Notes: generated by a model from the letters alone, not told the origin. Positions 17,784 through 26,588 are shown, numbered from the stretch's first letter. The stretch: DNA of 64,000 bases from Candidatus Woesearchaeota archaeon (GCA_038884975.1 JAWAAW010000002.1:18829-82828); one strand, 5' to 3'. Translations and numbers: made by a program.

Positions 17784-18191
17784 ATGGAGGACTGCGTTTT
17801 TTGCAAGATTATTGCCGGAAAGATTCCTGCAATGAAGGTTTACGAGAATGACAAGATTTTTGCATTTCTTGACATAATGCCTGTAAATCCGGGACACACC
17901 CTTGTAGTCCCTCGCGCACACCATGCTGACCTTCTTGAGACTCCTGATGGCGTCTTGAGTGATATGATAACGAGGACAAAGAAAATAGCAACGGCAATCA
18001 TGAAGGCAGTCAATGCTGACGGTTTCAATGTGGGAATAAACACAAAGCCTGCAGCAGGCCAGGCAGTGTTTCACACGCACCTGCACATAATGCCAAGGTT
18101 CAAGGATGACGGGTTGAGGCACTGGCCGCACAAGAAGCTTTCTGACGAGGAAATGAGAAAAGTGCAGGACGCTATAAAGGCGAATCTGTGA
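17784..18191 (+). CDS. HIT-family (histidine triad) protein, canonical motif
   Basis: CVFCKI zinc motif and intact HTHLHIMPR histidine triad. Confidence 0.85.
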   Translation: MEDCVFCKIIAGKIPAMKVYENDKIFAFLDIMPVNPGHTLVVPRAHHADLLETPDGVLSDMITRTKKIATAIMKAVNADGFNVGINTKPAAGQAVFHTHLHIMPRFKDDGLRHWPHKKLSDEEMRKVQDAIKANL

Positions 18192-18230
18192 GCAAGCTTT
18201 TTAAACCGACTTCTTTCCTGTTCTTTTTAA

Positions 18231-18304
18231 GGCGGTGTAGCTCAGCCTGGCAGAGCAACGGTTTCATAAGCCGTGGGTCGCGTGTTCAAATCACGCCACC
18301 GCCA
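18231..18304 (+). tRNA. tRNA with anticodon CAT (elongator Met or Ile2)
   Basis: GGCGGTG/CACCGCC acceptor, D arm GCTC-AGCCTGGCA-GAGC, anticodon arm ACGGT-TTCATAA-GCCGT, T arm GCGTG-TTCAAAT-CACGC. Confidence 0.9.
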
Positions 18305-18352
18305 TAAAGCTTTAATACTCTTTTATGCAATTTCTTGTGTGAGGTGATTTTA

Positions 18353-18514
18353 ATGGCTGAAGCCAAAGTCAGAGGATGGGTTTATGTTGTTGCCGCATTG
18401 GTTGCAGGATATTTTGGTTGGCAAGGAAACTTGCAGTGGGCGGTGTATGTGCTTGCGTTGTGCATGCTTTTCTCAGGCTACCATCACCTGACTACAAAGG
18501 AAAAGCACAGCTAA
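18353..18514 (+). CDS. Possible 53-aa two-TM membrane peptide
   Basis: Below the track threshold. My translation: MAEAKVRGWVYVVAALVAGYFGWQGNLQWAVYVLALCMLFSGYHHLTTKEKHS; GAGGTGA 7 nt upstream of the ATG. Confidence 0.35.
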   Translation: MAEAKVRGWVYVVAALVAGYFGWQGNLQWAVYVLALCMLFSGYHHLTTKEKHS

Positions 18515-18582
18515 TCTATTTTTTCTTTTTTTGTTTTTATAAGAAAGCTTTATAAGAAATTATCCTAAATTCTTTATTATCT

Positions 18583-18640
18583 GCCGGAGTCGCATAACCT
18601 CGTAGTTATGCAGAACAAGAGGTCTTGTGACAAGGCGAAT
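18583..18640 (+). other. tRNA-Ser-like 5' fragment containing a perfect 7-bp hairpin
   Basis: GCCGGAGTCGCATAACCT resembles the 5' end of the adjacent tRNA-Ser (GCCGCAGTCGCATAACCT) but continues as hairpins GCATAAC-ctcgta-GTTATGC (18592-18611) and ACAAG-aggt-CTTGT (18615-18628); no cloverleaf. Confidence 0.4.
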
Positions 18641-18723
18641 GCCGCAGTCGCATAACCTGGTATTGCACAGGCCTGGAGAGCCTGGCCCGCAAGGGCATCC
18701 CGGTTCAAATCCGGGCTGCGGCG
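18641..18723 (+). tRNA. tRNA-Ser (anticodon GGA), type II with long variable arm
   Basis: GCCGCAG/CTGCGGC acceptor, anticodon arm CAGGC-CTGGAGA-GCCTG, variable arm GCCC-GCAA-GGGC, T arm CCCGG-TTCAAAT-CCGGG, discriminator G. Confidence 0.9.
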
Positions 18724-18763
18724 TATTGAAGCAAGGCGTTGTTTTTGTGTATTGCGAGATTTG

Positions 18764-18801
18764 ACCGGGGCTCGCCAGCTTCAGCTGGCCGCTGTCCCGG
18801 T
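18764..18801 (+). ncRNA. Conserved two-helix hairpin element, copy A, downstream of tRNA-Ser(GGA)
   Basis: ACCGGGGC-tc-GCCAGC-ttca-GCTGGC-cgct-GTCCCGGT. 30 of its nt recur at 21386-21415 with a compensatory C:G to T:A change. Confidence 0.5.
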
Positions 18802-18822
18802 TCAAATCCGGGCTGCGGCGTA
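18795..18822 (+). repeat. Exact 28-nt direct repeat of the tRNA-Ser(GGA) 3' end (partner 18698-18725)
   Basis: TCCCGGTTCAAATCCGGGCTGCGGCGTA occurs at 18698-18725 and 18795-18822. Confidence 0.8.
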
Positions 18823-18852
18823 GTAACGTTTAAATACTAATCCTCAAGAACT

Positions 18853-19872
18853 GTGCTTGTGGCAACGATTGCTTTTTTTGAGCTTGAGCCTTGGGAAAAA
18901 AAGTACGTGAAAAAGAGGTTGAAAGAGCACAAGCTGGTTTTTGTTGATGAAACTCTGAATCCCGAGACTGTTGATAATGCAAAAACAGCTGATGCTGTTA
19001 GCGTATTTATTTACTCAAAAGTTGATAAAAAAATACTCTTGAAGCTTCCCAAACTAAAACTCGTTTGCACGAGGAGCACTGGTTTTGACCATATTGACTT
19101 AAAGACGTGCAAGTCAAGGAGGATATCTGTGACAAACGTGCCTGCGTATGGCGACATTACTGTTGCAGAGCACACGTTTGCGCTTCTGCTTGCGCTTTCA
19201 AGAAAGATTGTGCAGGCCGTGGAAACAACTCGCAAGGGGAGTTTTGAGTTTACAGGGCTTTGCGGAACAGACCTTAAAGGGAAGACGTTGGGTGTTGTGG
19301 GAACAGGAAAAATTGGCAGGAATGTTGCGCATATTGGCAGTTGCGGGTTTGGGATGAAAGTGATTGCCTTTGATTTGTTTCCAAATCCTGCACTTGCAAA
19401 GGAATGTGGTTTCACGTATGTTCCGTTTGATAAATTGCTTGCTGAATCTGACGTCATTACTTTTCACGTGCCATTGACTAAAGAAACAAAACATATGCTC
19501 AATAGGAAAAACCTTCGCAAGGTAAAGAAAGGCGCAATATTGATTAACACGTCACGGGGTGCAGTGATTGAGACTGGTGCAATTCTTGAGGGCGTCAAGG
19601 AAGGGATTTTTTCAGGCGTGGGACTTGACGTGATAGAAGAAGAGGGGGCAATGAAGGAGGAGCTTGAATTATTGAGCAAGCCGTCCAAGAAAAAGGAAAT
19701 AGACTACAAGACCCTTCTTCAGGAGCACATACTTGTGGAACAACCAAATGTCCTCATCACGCCCCACTGTGCTTTTTACTCAAAAGAGGCACTGCAGAGA
19801 ATCCTTGACACGACAATACAAAACATTGAGTGCTTCATTGCAAAGAAGCCTGTCAATGTGGTCAAGTGCTGA
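18853..19872 (+). CDS. D-isomer-specific 2-hydroxyacid dehydrogenase (D-lactate / phosphoglycerate dehydrogenase family)
   Basis: 339 aa; GVVGTGKIGRNVAHI NAD-binding loop, INTSRG, HCAFYS; GTG start. Confidence 0.85.
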   Translation: MLVATIAFFELEPWEKKYVKKRLKEHKLVFVDETLNPETVDNAKTADAVSVFIYSKVDKKILLKLPKLKLVCTRSTGFDHIDLKTCKSRRISVTNVPAYGDITVAEHTFALLLALSRKIVQAVETTRKGSFEFTGLCGTDLKGKTLGVVGTGKIGRNVAHIGSCGFGMKVIAFDLFPNPALAKECGFTYVPFDKLLAESDVITFHVPLTKETKHMLNRKNLRKVKKGAILINTSRGAVIETGAILEGVKEGIFSGVGLDVIEEEGAMKEELELLSKPSKKKEIDYKTLLQEHILVEQPNVLITPHCAFYSKEALQRILDTTIQNIECFIAKKPVNVVKC

Positions 19873-20702
19873 TGAAAAAGATAACTGCTCGCGATATTTC
19901 TCTTAGGCCCAGAAGAAAGAGTTCTCACAAGGGCGACAACGGCACAGTGCTTGTTATTGGAGGAAGCGAGGATTATGTGGGCGCGCCAGCCCTAGTTGGT
20001 ATGTCTGCGCTGGCTGTATTGAGAAGTGGTGCTGACTTGGTAACTGTTGCCGCGCCTGAAAAAGTTGCGTGGACAATCAATGCTATTGCTCCCGACCTTA
20101 TTACGAAAAAAATCAAGTGCGCGAATTTCACGCCAAAAAACGTGCCTGAAGTTTTGGAGCTTGCAAACAAGGCGGATGTTGTTGAGATTGGCAATGGAAT
20201 CTCTCTTACCACTGGCGCTAAAGAATTCATTAAGCTGTTTGTTGAGCATTATCGCAGACCTTTGGTTATTGATGCTGCTGCCTTGCGTGTTGTCCGCATT
20301 CAGGATGTTTCAGGAAGTGTGCTGTTGCCTCACGCAATGGAATTAAAGGAACTGCTTACAAACAGCAGATTGTCAGAAAAAGAGTTACAGGTGCATCTTG
20401 GCTCAAATGTTTTGGTAAAGAAAGGGCACCCAGTGACAGAAATAATATCAAAAAACAAGAGAGTGATTAGTTGCACAGGCAATGCTGGCATGACGCATGG
20501 AGGCACGGGTGATGTTCTTGCAGGGATCGTTGCTGGATTGATGGCTCAGGGCAATGATGCTTTCAGTGCTGCCTGCGCCGCTGCTTTTGTGAATGGCAAG
20601 GCAGCGGACATTCTTTACAAGAAGAAGGGGTTTGGTTATCTCGCGAGCGATTTTGTTGAAGTAATTCCTTTTGTGCTTAAGCGTTTTCAGAGGCAGACAT
20701 AA
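19872..20702 (+). CDS. nnrD: ADP-dependent NAD(P)H-hydrate dehydratase (YjeF C-terminal family)
   Basis: Track ORF 19830-20702; ATG 19872 (TGATG overlap with the upstream stop); SHKGDNGTVLVIGGSEDYVGAPAL and GGTGDVLAGIVAGLMAQG. Confidence 0.8.
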   Translation: MKKITARDISLRPRRKSSHKGDNGTVLVIGGSEDYVGAPALVGMSALAVLRSGADLVTVAAPEKVAWTINAIAPDLITKKIKCANFTPKNVPEVLELANKADVVEIGNGISLTTGAKEFIKLFVEHYRRPLVIDAAALRVVRIQDVSGSVLLPHAMELKELLTNSRLSEKELQVHLGSNVLVKKGHPVTEIISKNKRVISCTGNAGMTHGGTGDVLAGIVAGLMAQGNDAFSAACAAAFVNGKAADILYKKKGFGYLASDFVEVIPFVLKRFQRQT

Positions 20703-20740
20703 ACTTTAAAAAGCTACACTTGGTTTTTCGTCGTAATAAT

Positions 20741-20813
20741 GCCCCTGTCGTCTAGCGGCCAAGGATAAAGCCCTCTCGCGGCTTTGACACGGGTTCAAAT
20801 CCCGTCGGGGGCG
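20741..20813 (+). tRNA. tRNA-Glu (anticodon CTC)
   Basis: GCCCCTG/CGGGGGC acceptor, D region GTCTAGCGGCCAAGGAT, anticodon arm AAGCC-CTCTCGC-GGCTT, T arm ACGGG-TTCAAAT-CCCGT. Confidence 0.9.
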
Positions 20814-21203
20814 TTAGAAACGCAAAGGCATTCTGCCGCCTTTCTTTCCTTCTTTTTTCCATCGCCTTTTCAGGTCAGAAATATCTTTGAGAATCATTTC
20901 TTTTGTTGGCTTGAAGTCTCTGAATGCGCTTTTTGGGATTCCTCTTGTTTGAAGCGGCGTCTTGTGGATTTTTCCTGCATTCCAGCCGCGCTTTTTCATT
21001 TCCTCAATCAGTTTCTGATGTCTTTTGATGAGCGCTTTTACTCTGTTTTCGTACCTTATTATTTCAGGATGATTTACCCACCCTCCTTTTTTTCCTTGAT
21101 GTCTTTTTGCTATTGCTCCAATAATTATGTGAATTTCAAGGTGTTCGCCAAGCAGGCGCTGGTCATCAAGGCATTCGGGCGGAACAAGCCAGACTCTTAC
21201 CAT
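20814..21203 (-). CDS. Pyrimidine-dimer DNA glycosylase-like protein (T4 endonuclease V / DenV-like family)
   Basis: Track ORF 20814-21266, but its first 21 codons overlap tRNA-Ser(CGA). ATG 21203 gives MVRVWLVPPECLDDQRLLGEHLEIH, resembling the N-terminus of the family. Confidence 0.6.
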   Translation of the reverse strand: MVRVWLVPPECLDDQRLLGEHLEIHIIIGAIAKRHQGKKGGWVNHPEIIRYENRVKALIKRHQKLIEEMKKRGWNAGKIHKTPLQTRGIPKSAFRDFKPTKEMILKDISDLKRRWKKEGKKGGRMPLRF

Positions 21204-21261
21204 GCATGCAGTAATTAAGGCAAGGTTTAAAAATGCTTCATAAGATTTATGTTCTTGTTTT

Positions 21262-21363
21262 GCCACCGTCGCATAACCTGGTAGTGCAGCGGTCTCGAAC
21301 TTCAGAAATGAACGACAGAACCGCGCCTTTACGGGCTTCCCGGTTCAAATCCGGGCGGTGGCG
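21262..21363 (+). tRNA. tRNA-Ser (anticodon CGA) with a ~19-nt intron after position 37
   Basis: GCCACCG/CGGTGGC acceptor, anticodon stem GCGGT...ACCGC enclosing CTCGAA + CTTCAGAAATGAACGACAG + A, variable arm GCCTTTACGGGC, T arm CCCGG-TTCAAAT-CCGGG. Confidence 0.85.
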
Positions 21364-21385
21364 TAACAGAGTGAAGCCATTGCAC

Positions 21386-21423
21386 GGGCTCGTCAGCTTT
21401 AGCTGACCGCTGTCCGGGCGGTG
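21386..21423 (+). ncRNA. Conserved two-helix hairpin element, copy B, downstream of tRNA-Ser(CGA)
   Basis: GGGC-tc-GTCAGC-ttta-GCTGAC-cgct-GTCC, followed by GGGCGGTG (repeats the acceptor 3' strand of the tRNA) and a T-run. Confidence 0.5.
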
Positions 21424-21427
21424 CATT

Positions 21428-21919
21428 TTATTTTTTGTAAATCTTCAAAGCAAGAATTGATGTTGGTGCAAATTTTTTTGGTTTTCTTTTTAGCATGTCA
21501 AGCATTTTTTCCCATTCCATGAATCTGCCGCTTTCAATTTCTATTTTGTTCAGTTTTCCAACATGAGGAACTGTTAATTTGTATTGCATGATGAATGCAT
21601 TTTCTGGTTTTGTCTTGTGCCTGAACTTGAACAATTGTCTGATGTTTTTTGGTTTGACGCCAAGTTCTTCTTGAATTTCCCTTATCGCTGCCTGGCGGTA
21701 GGTTTCGCCTGTGTCAACATGTCCCGCAATGGAAACATCAAGAAGTTCTGGATAAACTGCTTTTCTTTTGCTTCTTTTTGCAACAAATATCCTGCCTTTT
21801 TTGTCAAACACAAATGCCTGAATCATCCTATGGGGGAGAAATTTTTTGTGGCATTTTTCGCGGGCTTCTTTTCCCACAACCTTGTTCTTCTCATTGACGA
21901 CATCGAGCATTTCCTGCAT
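21428..21919 (-). CDS. NUDIX hydrolase
   Basis: 163 aa; Nudix box GHVDTGETYRQAAIREIQEELGV. Confidence 0.8.
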   Translation of the reverse strand: MQEMLDVVNEKNKVVGKEAREKCHKKFLPHRMIQAFVFDKKGRIFVAKRSKRKAVYPELLDVSIAGHVDTGETYRQAAIREIQEELGVKPKNIRQLFKFRHKTKPENAFIMQYKLTVPHVGKLNKIEIESGRFMEWEKMLDMLKRKPKKFAPTSILALKIYKK

Positions 21920-21963
21920 GAGTTTGGAACTAGCGATTTGGTATATAAAGACTGCGCAAAGAA

Positions 21964-22275
21964 TCAGACATCAACCATTTCTATCTCAATATTGAGCCCT
22001 TCTGGGATGGGTACGCGCATTACCAGTCTTAATGCCCTTTCGTCTAACCCAAGGTCAATGAGGCGCTTGTGGACGCGCATTTCAAAGCGCTCCCACGTTG
22101 CTGTTCCTCTTCCGCAGGGTGACCTCTTTGTGGTCACTTTCATTTTTTTTGTAGGAAGAGGGATGGGTCCGCGTATGTCCACGCCCGTCTTGTCGGCAAT
22201 ATCTTTAATGTAAGCGCATGTCTGATTGAGCTTGTCTATGTCAATGCTCGCCAACTTGATGCGTGCTTTTTGCAT
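21964..22275 (-). CDS. rps10: 30S ribosomal protein S10 (uS10)
   Basis: 103 aa; ARIKLASIDIDKLN...IRGPIPLPTKKMKVTTKRSPCG...WERFEMRVHKRLIDL. Confidence 0.9.
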   Translation of the reverse strand: MQKARIKLASIDIDKLNQTCAYIKDIADKTGVDIRGPIPLPTKKMKVTTKRSPCGRGTATWERFEMRVHKRLIDLGLDERALRLVMRVPIPEGLNIEIEMVDV

Positions 22276-22320
22276 AATGCTGGTTTCCCATAATTAAAAT
22301 AAAAAAAAATGGAAGGCTGT

Positions 22321-23601
22321 TTAGGCCTTCTTTACGAGGTCGATGCACATTCCTGCAGCGACAGTGTTTCCTGAGTCCCTGACTGCGAACTTTGCAAGCT
22401 TCGGGATGTCCTTTTGCTTCTCGATCACGAGCGGCTGCATCGGTTTTATCCTTACGACTGCAACGTCGCCGTTCTTGATGAAGTCTGGCTTGTCCTGTAA
22501 TGTTTCGCCTGTTGCAGGATTTATTTTTTTCACGAGCTCCACAAACTGGCACGCAACTTGTGCTGTGTGGATGTGGAATACTGGCGTGTATCCTGCAGTA
22601 ATGACTGTTGGGTGGTTGAGCACGACAAGCTGGGCAGTGAATTCTGTCGCAACTGTCGGCGGGTTGTCAACCTTGCCAAGGACGTCTCCGCGCGCAATGT
22701 CCTTTTGTTCTATGCCACGGACGTTGAAGCCCACGTTGTCCCCTGGTTCTGCTTCTGGGATTGCCTCGTGGTGCATTTCAATGCTTTTGACCTCGCCCGT
22801 GACTCCTTTTCCTTCACGGGCAGGCATTATTATTACCTTGTCGCCCACCTTCATTACCCCTGTCTCAACACGGCCAACCGGCACAACGCCGATTCCCTTG
22901 ATGTTGTAGACGTCCTGCAATGGCAGGCGCAAGGGCAGGTTTGTTGGCTTTTCAGGCGGCGAGAGCTTGTCAAGTGCTTCAATCAGTGTTGGTCCTGTGT
23001 ACCAAGGCATGTTTGTGCTCTTCTTGACAACATTGTCTCCCGGGTATGATGCTATTGGGATTACCTGGACCGTCTCAACCTTGTAGCCGACGCTCTTCAA
23101 AAGCGCAAGTGCATCGTTCTTTATTTGCTCAAATTTCTTCTGGTCGTACTTGTTCAGGTCCATCTTGTTGCATGCAACAATAACCTGGCCGACTCCAAGG
23201 GTCTTGCAGAGGAATGCGTGCTCTTTTGTCTGTGCTTGCACTCCTTCTGAGCCGACCACAAGGACTGCGGCGTCTGCTTGAGATGCGCCTGTAATCATAT
23301 TCTTGATGAAGTCCCTGTGGCCTGGTGCGTCGATTATTGTAAAGTCGTACTTTGGCGTGGTGAACTTCTTGTGAGTAAGGTCTATTGTGACTCCTCTTTC
23401 ACGCTCTTCCTTCAGCTCATCCATGACGAAGGCAAATTCAAATCCGCCCTTTCCAAGGCGTTCTGCCTCTTCCTTGAGCTTCCTGAGCGTTTGTTCCTCA
23501 ATGTTGCCGGAGTCAAAGAGCAGACGTCCGACTGTTGTAGACTTGCCGTGGTCAACATGACCCACGAATACAAGATTCACGTGTGGTTTTCCTTTTGCCA
23601 T
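22321..23601 (-). CDS. tuf: Translation elongation factor 1-alpha (aEF-1alpha)
   Basis: 426 aa; [33 protein letters not shown]; archaeal/eukaryal-type sequence. Confidence 0.95.
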   Translation of the reverse strand: MAKGKPHVNLVFVGHVDHGKSTTVGRLLFDSGNIEEQTLRKLKEEAERLGKGGFEFAFVMDELKEERERGVTIDLTHKKFTTPKYDFTIIDAPGHRDFIKNMITGASQADAAVLVVGSEGVQAQTKEHAFLCKTLGVGQVIVACNKMDLNKYDQKKFEQIKNDALALLKSVGYKVETVQVIPIASYPGDNVVKKSTNMPWYTGPTLIEALDKLSPPEKPTNLPLRLPLQDVYNIKGIGVVPVGRVETGVMKVGDKVIIMPAREGKGVTGEVKSIEMHHEAIPEAEPGDNVGFNVRGIEQKDIARGDVLGKVDNPPTVATEFTAQLVVLNHPTVITAGYTPVFHIHTAQVACQFVELVKKINPATGETLQDKPDFIKNGDVAVVRIKPMQPLVIEKQKDIPKLAKFAVRDSGNTVAAGMCIDLVKKA

Positions 23602-23654
23602 AATGAAACCCCTCCTATTTGGAAATGTGTTTGTTAGACGATAGGAAAGGCATC

Positions 23655-23675
23655 TATTTATAAAGGTTTCGAGAC
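23655..23675 (-). promoter_or_regulatory. BRE + TATA promoter of tuf (minus strand CTCGAAACC-TTTATAAA)
   Basis: 18-nt block tttataaaggtttcgaga (23657-23674), identical to 27370-27387. Sits between the fusA stop (23676) and the tuf ATG (23601); AGGAGGGG SD downstream. Confidence 0.5.
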
Positions 23676-25880
23676 CTATGCGCCAAGCATTCCTGCTGTG
23701 AGCCCTTTGCGCTGGATTATTTGTTTTACTACCTTGTCCTGAAGTTCTGACGGTAGTCTCTCGAAGACTTGGTCGACGAGGGAGCTTGTTCCCCTGCCGC
23801 CTGTTGCGGATCTGAGGTCAGAGCTCCAGCCCAGCATTTCAGCCACTGGTAGCTTTGCCTTTATTATTGATAAAGCACCTTCTTGGACGAGTTCAAGCAC
23901 TTGGCCGCGCTTGTTCATCACAAGTTTTGTCAGTTCTCCAGTGTACTCGACAGGTCCCTCAATAAGGTGTGTTTGCATTGGCTCAAAGATTGCAGGGCCA
24001 GCGCTCATCATTGATGTCTTGATTGCTTCCCTGACTGCGGGATACATTTGTGCAGGTCCGCGGTGGATTGCATCTTCGTGAAGCTTGATGTCGCTCATCA
24101 CGACCTTGACGCCAAAGCACGGTTCCCTTGCAAGGGGTCCTCCGTCCATGACTTGCTCAAAGCCGTCAAGCAATAATTCCATGACTTCGCCTATCTGCAC
24201 AATTCCTCTTGTCTTGTCAATGAATATGTTGCCTTTGTAAATGTCCTTGACTGAAAGGGCGGTGTCATTGTCATAACCAACGTCAACAAGCGAGTCTCTT
24301 ATTGCCAGGTCCTTTTTCTTTATTCTTCCTTCTGGCAGTTCTCCATTCCTTATGAGTTCCCTGACGTGGGGCTCAAGCGGTTCAACATACATGTATACTT
24401 TGTTGTGCTTGTTTGGTGACTTGCCTTCTGCTTCAGGACCTTTCTTTGTGACTGTTTCGCGGTAAACAACAATCGGTGGCGAGGTTTTCACGTCAACATT
24501 TTTCTCTGTTTTTATTCTGCCTTCAATGATTTCAAGGTGGAGTTCGCCCATTCCGTGCATAAGGTTTTCGCCGGTTTCGGGATTGATTTCTATCTTTATT
24601 GATGGGTCTTCCTTTGCAACCTTCCTGAGGACATCGACGAGTTTTGACAGGTCTTGTGGTTTTACTGGCTCAATTGCTTTTGTAATGACTGGCTCGAAAA
24701 TGTGTTTTAATTCCTCAAAGGGCTGTTCTGGTTCAAGGGTTATTGTTTCACCTGCTGTTGCTGAAATGCCTGCGAGTGCTAGCACGTTTCCTGCAGGAAC
24801 CTCGTCTACGAGTTCAGGTTTTACTCCCTGATACATCATTACCTGTGCGATTTTTTGGTGCTGGCGGGCGAGGTTCAAGTATACCTGCATGCCTTCCTTT
24901 ATTGTTCCTGAATAAAGCCTGCCTGCCGCAATTTCTCTTCCTGACCTTGGGTCTATTGTGATTCTTGTGACGCAGAATGCAACTTTGCCGTTTCTGTTGC
25001 AGCTGATGAGGTCCTTGCCGAATTCCGAGTCAAGGTCTCCGCGCCATATTTTTGGAATTCTGTATTTTTGCGCTTCTATTGGGTTGGGCAGGTGCTTTAT
25101 GACCATATCGAGCAGGACTTCGTATAATGGTGCGTTCTTCCAGGTCCATTCCTGTCTCTGTTGTTCTGTCATTCCGCCCTTGTAAAGGTTGATTATGTCC
25201 TTGAAGCTGATTCCTTTTTTCTTCATAAAGGGCACAGAGGTCGCCCAGTTTTCTCTTGCTGAGCCGAATGCCACAGAGCCTGTTGTTATGTCAACCTGCC
25301 ATTTTTTCTTGAATTCTGGTTCTGCAATGCTTTCTATCAGCCTGTTGAATTCAGTCACTATCTTTAGGAATCTTTGCTGCATTTGTTCTGGCGTGAACTG
25401 TAGTTCTGTGATGAGCCTGTCGACCTTGTTGATGAAAAGGACTGGCTTGACCCTTTCTCTTAGCGCCTGCTTGATGACGGTTTCTGTCTGGGGCATTATT
25501 CCTTCAGAGGCGCAGACGAGCACGACAGTGCCGTCTATTGCTCTCATTGCCCTTGTGACGTTTCCGCCGAAGTCAACGTGGCCTGGCGTGTCTATTAGAT
25601 TTATTAGGTATTCCTGTCCTTCAAATGTGTGAACCATTGAAACGTTTGCTGCATCAACAGTGAGAAGCCGTGTCTGTTCATCAAGGTGTTGCCAGGTTGC
25701 CATTCCCTTCTCGAGGGAGCCTGCTGCTGCCTCTGACATCAGGCCTGCTGCTGCAAGAAGATTGTCTGTCAATGCTGTTTTTCCGTGGTGGATGTGCGCG
25801 CTTGTGCAGATGTTGCGTATGTTTTCCTGCTTGTCTGACAAGCGCTTCATTTTTTCCAATTGTGTTTCTTTTTCTACCAT
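23676..25880 (-). CDS. fusA: Translation elongation factor 2 (aEF-2)
   Basis: 734 aa; [28 protein letters not shown], diphthamide-region [11 protein letters not shown]; ends in TAG. Confidence 0.95.
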   Translation of the reverse strand: MVEKETQLEKMKRLSDKQENIRNICTSAHIHHGKTALTDNLLAAAGLMSEAAAGSLEKGMATWQHLDEQTRLLTVDAANVSMVHTFEGQEYLINLIDTPGHVDFGGNVTRAMRAIDGTVVLVCASEGIMPQTETVIKQALRERVKPVLFINKVDRLITELQFTPEQMQQRFLKIVTEFNRLIESIAEPEFKKKWQVDITTGSVAFGSARENWATSVPFMKKKGISFKDIINLYKGGMTEQQRQEWTWKNAPLYEVLLDMVIKHLPNPIEAQKYRIPKIWRGDLDSEFGKDLISCNRNGKVAFCVTRITIDPRSGREIAAGRLYSGTIKEGMQVYLNLARQHQKIAQVMMYQGVKPELVDEVPAGNVLALAGISATAGETITLEPEQPFEELKHIFEPVITKAIEPVKPQDLSKLVDVLRKVAKEDPSIKIEINPETGENLMHGMGELHLEIIEGRIKTEKNVDVKTSPPIVVYRETVTKKGPEAEGKSPNKHNKVYMYVEPLEPHVRELIRNGELPEGRIKKKDLAIRDSLVDVGYDNDTALSVKDIYKGNIFIDKTRGIVQIGEVMELLLDGFEQVMDGGPLAREPCFGVKVVMSDIKLHEDAIHRGPAQMYPAVREAIKTSMMSAGPAIFEPMQTHLIEGPVEYTGELTKLVMNKRGQVLELVQEGALSIIKAKLPVAEMLGWSSDLRSATGGRGTSSLVDQVFERLPSELQDKVVKQIIQRKGLTAGMLGA

Positions 25881-26380
25881 TTTGCATCACACTGCGTGAA
25901 TATGTCGTGCACTGTCTTGTATGAGTGCAGTTCTTCGGGTTTGAACCAGAGTTGTATTTCGCGTTCTGCTTCGTTTTTGTCGCTTGAGGCGTGAATTATG
26001 TTTCTTACCGCAACATTGCGGACGTCTGCGCAGTGATAGCTGTGGTGTGCAAAGTCGCCACGTATTGTGCCTGGCAATGCTTTTTTGGGTTCTGTGTCTC
26101 CAACCATTTTTCGGGTTACTTCTATTGCGCTGCTTCCTTCAAGGCAGATTGCTACTACGGGTCCTTCCTGCAAGAACTTGATGAGCTTCTCGCGCACGTG
26201 CTCGCCTCTCCTTTTGGAAATGTCCTCTGTGTAGTGCTTCTTTGTGTGCTCAGCATTTGCCCAAATCATTTTCATTCCCACAATCTTTAGTCCTGCGCGC
26301 TCGAAGCGCGAAATTATTTCTCCCATGAGGCACCTTTGCACCGCGTCAGGCTTCAGCAGCACAAGGGTGCGCTCAATCAT
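25874..26380 (-). CDS. ndk: Nucleoside-diphosphate kinase
   Basis: 168 aa; ERTLVLLKPDAV, GTIRGDFA, NIIHASSD (catalytic His). Confidence 0.9.
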   Translation of the reverse strand: MIERTLVLLKPDAVQRCLMGEIISRFERAGLKIVGMKMIWANAEHTKKHYTEDISKRRGEHVREKLIKFLQEGPVVAICLEGSSAIEVTRKMVGDTEPKKALPGTIRGDFAHHSYHCADVRNVAVRNIIHASSDKNEAEREIQLWFKPEELHSYKTVHDIFTQCDAKW

Positions 26381-26586
26381 TTCTTGCCCTCCTTTGCTGT
26401 CTTGAGCTGCCGCTTTTCTCTTGCGTACTCAAGGGTCCAGCGGGTTGTGCGCGGCTTGTGCTCCTTGTCAAGCAGGTGTTTTTCGCACTTTCCTGAGCAA
26501 AACATGAATATCCTGCCATCTGTTTTTACGAACATTATTCCTGTGCCTGGCTCTATGACTTTCCTGCAGAAGGAGCAGCGTGCCAT
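26377..26586 (-). CDS. rpl24e: 50S ribosomal protein L24e
   Basis: 69 aa; CSFCRKVIEPGTGIMFVKTDGRIFMFCSGKC zinc-ribbon. Confidence 0.9.
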   Translation of the reverse strand: MARCSFCRKVIEPGTGIMFVKTDGRIFMFCSGKCEKHLLDKEHKPRTTRWTLEYAREKRQLKTAKEGKK

Positions 26587-26588
26587 GC

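Noticed and set aside
17472-18131. 219-aa minus-strand ORF.
   Set aside because: It is antisense to the HAD and HIT genes, with Cys/His/Leu-rich non-protein-like composition.
18774-18789. The hairpin loops after the two tRNA-Ser genes read cTTCAg and cTTTAg, so they would present UCA and UUA (complementary to UGA and UAA/UAG). With the in-frame TGA/TAG stops at 11988, 12186 and 16379 and the 7-bp D-like hairpin at 18592-18611, I considered suppressor or Sec-like tRNAs.
   Set aside because: The loops are 4 nt (6 nt at most if the closing pair opens), not 7. No cloverleaf with D arm and acceptor can be drawn for copy B. The copy A T-arm sequence is more simply explained as a duplication of the tRNA-Ser 3' end. 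I saw no Sec or Pyl machinery in the window.
18560-18805. 81-aa minus-strand ORF.
   Set aside because: It overlaps tRNA-Ser(GGA) and its flanking repeats.
18698-18822. An integrated mobile element bounded by the 28-nt tRNA-Ser 3'-end direct repeats.
   Set aside because: The repeats are only 97 nt apart, and no integrase, transposase or cargo lies between or beside them. At most this is a scar.
21204-21266. Longer N-terminal extensions offered by the ORF track: here, and at 27242-27286, 37785-37865, 43361-43429, 55192-55311 and 61906-61911.
   Set aside because: The extensions overlap a tRNA or the upstream gene, or lack an SD. Internal ATGs give canonical N-termini (MVRVW..., MADKG... after GGAGG, MAKKDKK... 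after GGAGG, MHVLVTGGAGFIGSH, ATGA-coupled MKIKQ..., and MTKKGQ matching the paralog).
23676-23678. Genome-wide reassignment of TAG (or TGA) as a sense codon, to explain the interrupted secreted-protein genes.
   Set aside because: TAG terminates conserved genes at their expected ends: aEF-2 at 23676, and lgt at 15175 with a TAG TAG doublet. TGA and TAA terminate most other conserved genes (rpiB, fba, S10, tuf, and others). The standard code fits.
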